DNA from: a virus
Length of the DNA stretch: 64,000 nucleotides
Reading direction: 5' to 3' (one strand)
Virus record (IMG/VR): IMGVR_UViG_3300030380_006811
Location: 1-64,000 of that record
Positions 1 through 8,571 of the stretch are shown here, piece after piece. Position 1 is the first letter of the stretch. Every line of letters begins with the position of its first letter. The translations under genes were made by a program, and so were the position numbers. The notes below the pieces were generated by a model. That model had not been told where the DNA came from, made no database searches, and worked only from the letters and a program-made list of their open reading frames with translations.

Positions 1-795
1 GAAGAGATAGAAGACAAAGACGATGTCAAAGAAGAAATGAAAGACAAAGACGATGTTAAAGAAGACGCTCGAACTGATGCCGAAGAAGAAGGCTATTTAG
101 ACGGTATGAAGGACGAAAAAGAAGATATGGACGACGAAGATGTTGATCTTGAGGACATGTCTGAAGACGACCTAAAAGGATTCATCGAAGATGTTATTAA
201 AGATATGGTATCTGATGGCACAATCGAAGCTGGAGAGGATTTCGAAGAGATGGACATAGAAGATTCTGTTGATGTTGATGTTGAAATAGACGAAGAAATG
301 AAATCTAAAAAAGATGAAATGGACGAAGAAATGAAAGACAAAGACAAAATGGAAGAAAGAAAAAGCAGAGTAAAAGGTGAAAAAGGTCCTGGAAACGAAG
401 ATGGTGACAAAGATGACACTAGAATCGAAAAAGAGACTGAAAAAATGAGATTCAAAGAAGCAATGGAAGAAATTCAGGAGCTTAAAAAAGAATTGAATGA
501 AGTAAACCTTTTAAATGCTAAACTTCTTTACACTAACAAAATCTTTAAGTCTAAAAATTTGACTGAAGACAAAAAAGTTAAAGTGCTTAAAGCATTTGAC
601 AAAGCGTCAACAGTAAAAGAAGCTAAAGTTATTTTTGAAACATTAAATGAAGGTTTAATGTCTAAAACAGAAGCCCCAGCAAGACCAAAAGGTAGTGCCT
701 CAAGAGCAACTGGAACAATAACGGAAGCTAAAAAACCTATTATTGAAAGCAATGATGTATACAATCGTATGCGTAAACTTGCTGGACTAATTTAA
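1..795 (+). CDS. Prohead core/scaffolding protein (gp22-like); frame is open from base 1, so it is 5'-truncated
   Basis: Very acidic D/E-rich low-complexity N-half with repeated EEMKDKD units, coiled-coil C-half ending RMRKLAGLI, directly upstream of the major capsid gene. Confidence 0.75.
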   Translation, partial: EEIEDKDDVKEEMKDKDDVKEDARTDAEEEGYLDGMKDEKEDMDDEDVDLEDMSEDDLKGFIEDVIKDMVSDGTIEAGEDFEEMDIEDSVDVDVEIDEEMKSKKDEMDEEMKDKDKMEERKSRVKGEKGPGNEDGDKDDTRIEKETEKMRFKEAMEEIQELKKELNEVNLLNAKLLYTNKIFKSKNLTEDKKVKVLKAFDKASTVKEAKVIFETLNEGLMSKTEAPARPKGSASRATGTITEAKKPIIESNDVYNRMRKLAGLI

Positions 796-829
796 AAATA
801 ATTAATTAACCCTATTAAAACTTAAAAAA

Positions 830-2491
830 ATGAGCTTAAATACTCTTTTAGAAAGCGCAAACCCATATCACTCAATGCAGAGTGATGCAGCCAAATTGGC
901 ATCAAAATGGGAAAAAACAGGTTTATTAGAAGGTTTAGAAGGAGCAAATAAATCCAATATGGGTATTATCCTTGAAAACCAAGCTAAGCAACTTGTTGTA
1001 GAGGAATCTAACACTGGTGGTGGTGCTGGAGCAGGTAATTTTACACCTGGTACTGGTGCACAGTGGGCTGGAGTAGCTTTACCATTGGTAAGAAAAGTAT
1101 TTGGTCAAATTGCAGCGAAAGAATTCGTTAGCGTTCAACCAATGAACTTACCTTCTGGTCTAGTATTCTACCTAGATTTCCAATATGGAACTGGAAAAGT
1201 TCCATTTTCAGCAAATTCATCAGTATATGGTGATGCTGGAACAAATCCATCAACTGCTCCTTTCGGGAACACTAATTCAGGTGGTCTTTATGGAGAAGGA
1301 AGATATGGATATTCTATTAACACTACTGCATCGGTATTCACTGCTGAAGCACAAATTACTACAGGATCAGCTACTTTACACTCAATCAATTATGATTCAG
1401 CATTCTCAGCTTCTGTAGCAAGTGGTGCTGTTGTAACTGCATCTGTAGCTATTGCTGCTTTAGATGGTCAGTATGATGCTGAAGCAATTAGAAGTTTCTA
1501 CTTAGTAGGTGACTCTAATGCTCCTTCATTATCACAACAATACCCACAGTTTACACAGCTTAATGCTGCTGGTGACAGAATTGAATTCGTAATTGATCAA
1601 AATTCTATTGTACCAGATCAGTATGCTGCTTCAAACCTTGGTGTATCTTACTCATTAGCTCCAACGGATGCTGATAGAGGTGATTTTGAAGATGGAAATA
1701 ATAACCTAAATGGAAATAACACTCCAATTAGTATTCCAGAAATCAATGTACAGATGCAATCATCTGCTATTGTTGCTAAAACTAGAAAATTAAAAGCTGT
1801 TTGGACTCCTGAGTTCGCTCAAGATCTTAACGCTTATCATGCTCTAGATGCTGAAGCGGAATTAACTTCTATTTTAAGTGAGTACATTTCATTAGAAATT
1901 GACTTGGAAATCTTAGACATGCTACAAGAATCAGCTGCTGCTGGAACTGAAGTATGGTCAGCCGTAAACAACAGAGCAATTATTGATAATGGTGTAAATG
2001 GTACTGTAGATACTTTAGGTTTCTACAATAGCCAAGGACAGTGGTTCCAAACTTTAGGAACTAAAATCCAAAAATTAAGTAACATCATCCACCAGAAAAC
2101 TCTACGTGGTGGTGCTAACTTTATGGTAATTTCTCCAACAATCGGTACAATCCTAGAATCAATTCCTGGATATGCTGCTGATGCTGATGGTGATGTATCT
2201 AAATCAACTTACGCCTTTGGTGTACAAAAAGTTGGTGCGTTCAACGGAAGATATAAAGTGTACAAAAATCCTTACATGACTGATAATTTAGTATTACTAG
2301 GATTTAGAGGTTCACAATTCCTTGAAACGGGTGCTGTATTTGCTCCATACATTCCATTAATCATGACTCCACTTATCTACGATCCATCTACATTCACTCC
2401 AAGAAAAGGATTGATGACTAGATATGCGAAGAAAATGGTACGTCCTGAATTCTATGGTAAGATCTTAATTAATGGTTTAGATACTATCTAA
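830..2491 (+). CDS. gp23: T4-like major capsid protein
   Basis: Motifs LPLVRKVF, VSVQPMNLPSGLVFYL, AKTRKLKAVWTPEFAQDLNAYH.LDAEAEL, APYIPL, FTPRKGLMTRY. Confidence 0.95.
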   Translation: MSLNTLLESANPYHSMQSDAAKLASKWEKTGLLEGLEGANKSNMGIILENQAKQLVVEESNTGGGAGAGNFTPGTGAQWAGVALPLVRKVFGQIAAKEFVSVQPMNLPSGLVFYLDFQYGTGKVPFSANSSVYGDAGTNPSTAPFGNTNSGGLYGEGRYGYSINTTASVFTAEAQITTGSATLHSINYDSAFSASVASGAVVTASVAIAALDGQYDAEAIRSFYLVGDSNAPSLSQQYPQFTQLNAAGDRIEFVIDQNSIVPDQYAASNLGVSYSLAPTDADRGDFEDGNNNLNGNNTPISIPEINVQMQSSAIVAKTRKLKAVWTPEFAQDLNAYHALDAEAELTSILSEYISLEIDLEILDMLQESAAAGTEVWSAVNNRAIIDNGVNGTVDTLGFYNSQGQWFQTLGTKIQKLSNIIHQKTLRGGANFMVISPTIGTILESIPGYAADADGDVSKSTYAFGVQKVGAFNGRYKVYKNPYMTDNLVLLGFRGSQFLETGAVFAPYIPLIMTPLIYDPSTFTPRKGLMTRYAKKMVRPEFYGKILINGLDTI

Positions 2492-2518
2492 TCAGATAAT
2501 TAATATTTCTTAATAAAT

Positions 2519-2546
2519 TAACCCGGCTTTATGCCGGGTTTTTTTA
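2519..2546 (+). terminator. Rho-independent terminator after the capsid gene
   Basis: AACCCGGC-TTTAT-GCCGGGTT followed by a T run. Confidence 0.9.
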
Positions 2547-2687
2547 TGTTTTTAATATGTATAATAAAATGCGTTGTATTAGAACTATATTTATCTTTTT
2601 ATATAGCTATATTAAAATTACCCTGTCTTTTAACGTATTTACTTCGGTTTTATCCAATTATTGTATAATCCCTAATTTCAAGAATTT

Positions 2688-3425
2688 ATGGCAAGTAAAC
2701 ACCATACGGACGAAGTTTATCGTCCTAAGAGAATTCCTAAGAACCCAATTAAGTTTAAACTACAACTTAATGCCGAACAAAAAGAAGCTAAATCATCTAT
2801 CCTCGATAATACAATCACACTCCTTGGAGGGAGTGCAGGTAGTGGTAAAACATTATTAGCATGTAATGTTGCATTAGACGGACTGTTACGAAGACAATAT
2901 GATAAAATTATTATCACCAGACCTACAGTATCAAAAGAAGAAATAGGATTTCTACCTGGTGATTTAAGAGAAAAAATGGATCCTTGGGTTCAACCTATAT
3001 ATCAAAACTTTTTTGCTTTATATGATAAGGTTAAAGTAGAAAAATTAATTGAAGATGGAAAAATAGAAATTGTACCCGTATCTTTTATGAGAGGTAGAAC
3101 ATTTTTAGACTCAATGATTATTGTGGATGAAGCACAAAATGTTACCCACGAACAAATGGAAATGATTACTTCACGTTTAGGATTAAGAAGTAAAATGATG
3201 ATATGTGGTGATCAACACCAAACAGATTTAAAGAAAAAATCTGATTCTGGGTTTAAATTTTTATATGCTGCAGCCAGAAAAATAAAAAACCTAGAAGCAA
3301 TCACATTAATCGCTAATCATAGAAATGAAATTGTTGAAGATTTATTAGATTATTATAATGAAGCAGTAGATAAAGGAGCAAGCATTACTGTTTCTGGTTC
3401 ATATATTTATAATAATAAAAATTAA
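2688..3425 (+). CDS. phoH: PhoH-family ATPase
   Basis: GSAGSGKT Walker A, GFLPGDLREKMDPW, FMRGRTF, IVDEAQN, GDQHQTDL. Confidence 0.95.
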   Translation: MASKHHTDEVYRPKRIPKNPIKFKLQLNAEQKEAKSSILDNTITLLGGSAGSGKTLLACNVALDGLLRRQYDKIIITRPTVSKEEIGFLPGDLREKMDPWVQPIYQNFFALYDKVKVEKLIEDGKIEIVPVSFMRGRTFLDSMIIVDEAQNVTHEQMEMITSRLGLRSKMMICGDQHQTDLKKKSDSGFKFLYAAARKIKNLEAITLIANHRNEIVEDLLDYYNEAVDKGASITVSGSYIYNNKN

Positions 3426-3430
3426 TTTCA

Positions 3431-3438
3431 TATTTATA
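3431..3438 (+). promoter_or_regulatory. Putative late promoter TATTTATA (representative copy)
   Basis: Same 8-mer at 3995, 4403, 14886, 17577, 18155, 19198, 21240, 42282 and 43592; TATGTATA variant at 2556, 15177 and 58110; mostly 10-45 nt upstream of starts. Confidence 0.65.
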
Positions 3439-3451
3439 ATAAAATTATAAA

Positions 3452-3994
3452 ATGGCAAAATGTGTAACTAGTGGATCTTTAAAGGTCCTTATACAAGAAA
3501 GTATAACTCTACCTAATAAAAATGAAGAAGTTTGTATTAATGAAGTTACAATACCTGGTATTAACCAAACAGTAAGAAGAGTAGATACAATTTCAACTAC
3601 ATTTAGTGGTAGCGGAATAGAAATTTTAAGATTTGTTGATTCTGAAGAACAACAAGTAGCTGGTTCATTTGTTAGAGATACAGTTAAATATATGAGGTTT
3701 ACTAATTTATGTACAACTAATTATTTATCTCTTTATTTAATTCAAGATAGCCCTGATGCTCAAAACCCAAACACAGATGATGTTGGTTCAGGTGATGATG
3801 GTTTATTTAAAATAGACCCAGGCAAATCAATGGTATTTTCTAATGGACAATTTGATAGTAATAATTTTTATGATTATGTAGTTGAAGGGTATGTTGATGA
3901 ACAATATTTTGCTGGATTTGCATCATTAACTTCAATTAAGGCAAAAGCAGATACTAAAGACGTTCAAATAGAATATTTTGTAGCTTCTTCTTAA
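3452..3994 (+). CDS. Hypothetical virion protein
   Basis: 180-aa ORF behind a TATTTATA motif within the structural region. Confidence 0.55.
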   Translation: MAKCVTSGSLKVLIQESITLPNKNEEVCINEVTIPGINQTVRRVDTISTTFSGSGIEILRFVDSEEQQVAGSFVRDTVKYMRFTNLCTTNYLSLYLIQDSPDAQNPNTDDVGSGDDGLFKIDPGKSMVFSNGQFDSNNFYDYVVEGYVDEQYFAGFASLTSIKAKADTKDVQIEYFVASS

Positions 3995-4025
3995 TATTTA
4001 TAATAAAATTAAATTTAAATAAAAA

Positions 4026-4346
4026 ATGGCATTAACATATAGATCAGTAAAAGGTTCAGCATTAACAATAACTGAATTAGATGACAATTTTAGATACTTT
4101 ACAGGTTCTCATAGTGTAACAGGATCATTAGATATAAATGGTGGTTTAATAGTAACTGGATCAATTGAATTAGTTGATGGTGGGTCTCTAGTTGGAGGAG
4201 GAGTAAATCTTACAGGTTCCTTTTCGGGATCATTTTCTGGATCAATAGATGGAGCTGAATTATTTGTAGGCAATTTACCATCAGCAGACCCAGGTGTTGC
4301 TGGTCAACTTTATAATGACAGTGGAACAATAAAAATATCTTTATAA
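4026..4346 (+). CDS. Small virion fibre/decoration-like protein with TGS/SGS repeats
   Basis: N-terminal LT..ELDDNF motif typical of fibre attachment segments; six [ST]GS tripeptides in 106 aa. Confidence 0.55.
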   Translation: MALTYRSVKGSALTITELDDNFRYFTGSHSVTGSLDINGGLIVTGSIELVDGGSLVGGGVNLTGSFSGSFSGSIDGAELFVGNLPSADPGVAGQLYNDSGTIKISL

Positions 4347-4374
4347 AATTTATTAATTTTTAAAGTAAAAAATT

Positions 4375-4400
4375 AGACCTCAATTTGAGGTCTTTTTTTT
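4375..4400 (+). terminator. Rho-independent terminator
   Basis: AGACCTCA-ATT-TGAGGTCT followed by a T run. Confidence 0.85.
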
Positions 4401-4424
4401 CATATTTATAACAAAATATAAATT

Positions 4425-5597
4425 ATGAATGTACCTATTTGGCCTGGTTCAAGTTCATTCGCACCTGGAGAAACACCATTTGGCTTTTATGATAATGATC
4501 CCGAATTTAGACAAGATGCAGATAAAGTAGCAACTTTTTGTGCTAATAGAATGGGATATCCTTTAGTTGACATAGAATTACAATCAGGATCCTTTTATAC
4601 AGCATTTGAAGAAGCTGTAACCATATACGGAAATGAAATTTGGGCATATATTATTAGGGATAATTTTTTAGATTTAGAAGGTCTTTCTATATTTGAAGAA
4701 TTAAATGAAACTATTGTTACTCCTAGTATGAAAACAATAGTTAGGTTAAGCCAACAATATGCAGATGAAGCTGGAGTAGGAGGAACAATTCCATGGTACT
4801 CGGGTTCATTTGATCTTGTTGATGGTCAACAAAATTATAATTTTGAAACTTTTATGACAGCTAGTGGATTTACAGGATCTGCATACTCAGAAGGTATTGA
4901 AGTAAAAAGAGTATTTTGGCAAAGACCAATCCCAGCATCAGCACAATATTTAGATCCTTATACAGGATTTGGATTTGGAGGAGCAATAGCTGCTGGTTTA
5001 GTTGGTGTAGGAGGATTTGGTGGTGATATGGGATATTTAATGATGCCACTTAGTTATGATATGCAAGTAATCCAATCTATTGAAATGAATGAAATGGTTA
5101 GGTTTGCAGATTATAGTTTTGAAATACATGCTAATGAATTAAAAGTATTCCCTATACCCAGAAAAAGAGATGTTGGGGGAGATGGATTAGGTAAAATTTG
5201 GTTTCAATATATTTTTGAAAAAGATAGAGGAACTATAAAATGTGCTGAAGATAAGGTTAATAATGTTGGAAATGCTAATTTTAAAAATCCAAAATATTCA
5301 TTAATTAATTCAATTGGTAGACAATGGATATTTGAAATGACTTTAGCAATAGCAAAAGAAATGTTAGGGTATGTTAGAGGTAAATACTCTAGTATCCCAA
5401 TACCAAATTCAGAAGTTAATTTAAATCAAGGAGACTTATTATCAGCTGCAACAGCAGAAAAAACAGCTTTAATAGAAAGATTAAGGGCTTACTTAGATGA
5501 AACTTCTAGGGCTGCTTTATTAAACAGAAAAGCACAAGAAGCGGAATCTAAAATGGTTGAATTACAACAAGTTCCTTGGACAATTTTTATAGGATAG
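4425..5597 (+). CDS. Neck/head-tail adaptor (gp13-like)
   Basis: RMGYPLVDIEL N-terminal motif and KEMLGYVRGKY..IPIP...LN C-terminal motif; position after the head genes. Confidence 0.7.
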   Translation: MNVPIWPGSSSFAPGETPFGFYDNDPEFRQDADKVATFCANRMGYPLVDIELQSGSFYTAFEEAVTIYGNEIWAYIIRDNFLDLEGLSIFEELNETIVTPSMKTIVRLSQQYADEAGVGGTIPWYSGSFDLVDGQQNYNFETFMTASGFTGSAYSEGIEVKRVFWQRPIPASAQYLDPYTGFGFGGAIAAGLVGVGGFGGDMGYLMMPLSYDMQVIQSIEMNEMVRFADYSFEIHANELKVFPIPRKRDVGGDGLGKIWFQYIFEKDRGTIKCAEDKVNNVGNANFKNPKYSLINSIGRQWIFEMTLAIAKEMLGYVRGKYSSIPIPNSEVNLNQGDLLSAATAEKTALIERLRAYLDETSRAALLNRKAQEAESKMVELQQVPWTIFIG

Positions 5598-5598
5598 T

Positions 5599-6129
5599 AT
5601 GGCAATGTTTACAGGACAGAGAGATGTTTCTCTGGTAAGAAAGCTTAACAGAGAATTGATGGGTAATATTATTACCCAACAATGTGCATTGTATCAATTT
5701 AAATTAGAAGAAACTAAGGTTAATATCTATGGGGAAGCTGCAGAATCAAAATTTTATAATGGTCCTTTTTTATTTAATGTTTTAATAAATAGGTCAAATG
5801 AAGAATATGGTGAAAACGAAGAAGGTATTCAATTTGGACAACCTATAGAATTTTACTTTTTAAGAGCAGATTTAGTAGATGCCGATATAGTACCTGAAGT
5901 TGGAGATATTATATTATACCAAGAAGGGTACTATGGAGTACAAAGCACAGTATCAAACCAATATTTTGGGGGCAAAAACCCAGATTACCCTAATAATAAC
6001 TCAGACGGCACTCCAAACCCATTAAATCCGGGATTAGAAAAGTTTGGAAGTAATTTATCTGTTTTAGTTTCTACGTATTATATCCCAGCAGATAAAGTAG
6101 CAATATCACCTTATATAGAAAGAATGTAA
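5599..6129 (+). CDS. Head closure/neck protein (gp14-like)
   Basis: NIYGEA and PEVGDII motifs; follows the gp13-like gene. Confidence 0.6.
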   Translation: MAMFTGQRDVSLVRKLNRELMGNIITQQCALYQFKLEETKVNIYGEAAESKFYNGPFLFNVLINRSNEEYGENEEGIQFGQPIEFYFLRADLVDADIVPEVGDIILYQEGYYGVQSTVSNQYFGGKNPDYPNNNSDGTPNPLNPGLEKFGSNLSVLVSTYYIPADKVAISPYIERM

Positions 6130-7070
6130 TGAGTAAAATTAGAAAACCTATACCAAAAACACAGCGACAATTAAGTGTTGAACAACAAAAAGCTTTTGAC
6201 ACTAGAAGAGGTAATCCTAATGCTCGTATAAACCCTAATGAATCTGAAACAGGAATACCTTTTAATAGATCTACAAAATTAAGTTATAGAGAGGATGGTG
6301 TTAAACCCTTTTCTATTGGTATACAAGATTTAGATGAAGCTGTGTTTTTTTATTTTGAAAATGTTATTAAACCTTTTGTTTATCAAAATGGAGAAAGAAG
6401 AAACGTTCCCATAATATATGGTGCCCCTGAAAGATGGAAATCTTTTCAAAGAGATGGGTATTATAGAGATAAAAAAGGTGCTATAATGTTGCCTATTATA
6501 GTATTAAAAAGAGATACTATATCAAAAGATAGATCTGTGTATAATAAGTTAGATGCTAATGGAGTAAATTTATATGGTTCATTCCAGAAAAAATATAGCC
6601 CCGATAATTTTTATAATAATTTTTCTGTATTAAATAATAAAAAACCCGTAAAAGAACATTATGCCGTTGCAGTTCCCGATTTTGTAACATTAGAATATAG
6701 TTGTCTAATACAAACTTATTACATGGAGCAATTAAATAAAATTATTGAAGCATGTGAATATGCTTCTGATGCATATTGGGGTAACCCTGAAAGATTTAAA
6801 TTTAGAGCTTTTATAGATAGCTTTACAACTGCAACAGAATTAACCACAGGCAAAGATAGATTAGTAAAAGGTACATTTAATATTAGTTTGCGTGGTTATA
6901 TTATTCCTGATACTATACAAAAGGAAATGAATTCTATTTCTAAATTTAATAGTAAATCTAAGGTTACAATTAATTTTGAAACTACAAGTAATAGTGATAA
7001 TTTTAAACCTGGTGTTCAATCTGTCCCAGCTAATAGAACATTTCCTAACGGGCAAACAAGACAAGAATAG
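6129..7070 (+). CDS. Tail terminator/sheath stabiliser (gp15-like)
   Basis: VPIIYGAPERW motif resembling gp15 VP..Y; synteny after the neck genes. Confidence 0.6.
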   Translation: MSKIRKPIPKTQRQLSVEQQKAFDTRRGNPNARINPNESETGIPFNRSTKLSYREDGVKPFSIGIQDLDEAVFFYFENVIKPFVYQNGERRNVPIIYGAPERWKSFQRDGYYRDKKGAIMLPIIVLKRDTISKDRSVYNKLDANGVNLYGSFQKKYSPDNFYNNFSVLNNKKPVKEHYAVAVPDFVTLEYSCLIQTYYMEQLNKIIEACEYASDAYWGNPERFKFRAFIDSFTTATELTTGKDRLVKGTFNISLRGYIIPDTIQKEMNSISKFNSKSKVTINFETTSNSDNFKPGVQSVPANRTFPNGQTRQE

Positions 7071-7102
7071 CTTGGATTAATAAATATAATTACTTATATT
7101 AT
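7071..7102 (+). promoter_or_regulatory. Bacteroidota-type sigmaA promoter driving the sugar island
   Basis: CTTG(7071)-N20-TATATTAT(7095). Confidence 0.55.
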
Positions 7103-7125
7103 GGTTGTATTTAAAATAACGTTAT

Positions 7126-7638
7126 ATGATATATTGGTTTACGGGTCAACCCTGTTCGGGAAAGACCGTTTTAGCAAACATGCTTAAAGAAAAATATCTT
7201 CCTCATGCTTATCGCATAGATGGAGATGAAATGAGAGAATTATTTACAAATAAAGATTATTCTATAAAAGGTAGAATAACTAATGTAGATGCTGCTCAAA
7301 AAATTGCCCATTATTTACATAATCAAGGAAAAGATGTAATTGTATCCTTAGTTTCTCCCTATTTAGATCAAAGAGAAGAATTTAAAGATATAATGAAATG
7401 GCAATTACATGAAATTTTTGTACATTATGATGTAGAAAAAGGAGCTAGAGGTAGAGAAAATTATCACGTTATGCAATTTCAAAAACCAGATTTAGATTAT
7501 ATTGATATTGATACTACTAACCAAACACCAGAAGAATCATTAAATATAATAGCTAAAAAAGCTGGTTTGGATGTAGTATATCCTAAAGGATCATTACTAA
7601 ATGAATTACCACCTTCAGATTACCAATTAGATAATTAA
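7126..7638 (+). CDS. cysC: Adenylylsulfate kinase-like P-loop kinase
   Basis: WFTGQPCSGKT, IDGDEMR, VSLVSPY..QR. Confidence 0.8.
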   Translation: MIYWFTGQPCSGKTVLANMLKEKYLPHAYRIDGDEMRELFTNKDYSIKGRITNVDAAQKIAHYLHNQGKDVIVSLVSPYLDQREEFKDIMKWQLHEIFVHYDVEKGARGRENYHVMQFQKPDLDYIDIDTTNQTPEESLNIIAKKAGLDVVYPKGSLLNELPPSDYQLDN

Positions 7639-7639
7639 T

Positions 7640-7984
7640 ATGGAGAAAAAAAATACATATTTTTGTGATATAGATGGTACTATATTCAAATATCGTAAAT
7701 TTGAAACATATGAAAATGTAAAAGCTGAAGGAATAAAATCTACTATAAATTATTTAGACAAAGCAATAGAAGAGGGGCATATGGTTATTTTAACAACTGC
7801 TCGTCCTGAATATCTTAGAATGCATACCGAAATAGAATTGTATGAAAATGAAGTACCTTATCATAGATTAATTATGGGAATAGAAAGAGGACCTCGTTAT
7901 TTAATTAATGATATGGACCCAAATAAACCAGGAAAAAGAGCAATAGCAATAAATTTAGAAAGAGATGGCGGAATTAAAAGCTAA
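7640..7984 (+). CDS. HAD-superfamily phosphatase (short, capless)
   Basis: FCDIDGT (DxD), LTTAR, LINDM motifs. Confidence 0.75.
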   Translation: MEKKNTYFCDIDGTIFKYRKFETYENVKAEGIKSTINYLDKAIEEGHMVILTTARPEYLRMHTEIELYENEVPYHRLIMGIERGPRYLINDMDPNKPGKRAIAINLERDGGIKS

Positions 7985-8366
7985 AGCAGACAAAGAAAGT
8001 TCAAGTACAGAAGTAAAATATTCATTTTTTGCTGGGAGATGGCAACCTTTACATAAGGGTCATTTATGGTTAATTAATGAAAGATTAAAAGAGGGTTATA
8101 ATGTTTGGTTAGGTATTAGAGATGTAAAACCAGATGAAAAAAATCCTTGGACTGCAGAACAGATATTAGAAATGGTTAAAGAAGGTGAATTAAAAGAACT
8201 TATAGAAGCTGGTAAAGTGTTACCAACAATTATTCCAGATATTGAATCTATTAATTACGGTAGAGGAGTAGGATATGATATTATAGAACATATCCCCCCA
8301 AAAGAGATTGGTAATATATCTGCTACTTCTATTAGGGAACAAATGAAAAAAGATGGTAAGTTATAA
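7965..8366 (+). CDS. HxGH nucleotidyltransferase (cytidylyltransferase-like)
   Basis: GRWQPLHKGH and ISATSIR motifs. Confidence 0.8.
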   Translation: MAELKAKADKESSSTEVKYSFFAGRWQPLHKGHLWLINERLKEGYNVWLGIRDVKPDEKNPWTAEQILEMVKEGELKELIEAGKVLPTIIPDIESINYGRGVGYDIIEHIPPKEIGNISATSIREQMKKDGKL

Positions 8367-8571
8367 AAGACATATTGCAAAAACAATTTCATGGAGAATA
8401 ATAGGAACACTAGATACAATAATACTTTCAGGAATAATAACGGGTTCATGGGAGATAGGATTGGCTATTGGAGGCGTAGAAGTAATTACCAAAATGGTAC
8501 TATATTTCCTACACGAAAGGGCTTGGTATAAATTAAGTAAGTTTGGAATAAATGGTAAAAAACAAACCTAA
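8353..8571 (+). CDS. DUF2061-like small membrane protein
   Basis: AKTISWRIIGTLDT...YFLHERAW. Confidence 0.75.
   Translation: MVSYKRHIAKTISWRIIGTLDTIILSGIITGSWEIGLAIGGVEVITKMVLYFLHERAWYKLSKFGINGKKQT

Noticed and set aside
1-360. Short direct repeats GAAGAAATGAAAGACAAAGAC
   Set aside because: They are coding repeats of the acidic scaffold protein, not regulatory or mobile elements
93-764. Minus-strand ORFs opposite the scaffold (93-455, 528-764) and all other minus-strand ORFs in the track
   Set aside because: They are antisense shadows of strongly supported + strand genes, with Ser/Leu/Phe-rich low-complexity translations and no motifs
2557-2859. 100-aa + strand ORF before phoH
   Set aside because: Starts within a promoter-like motif, overlaps phoH out of frame, and has no recognisable features
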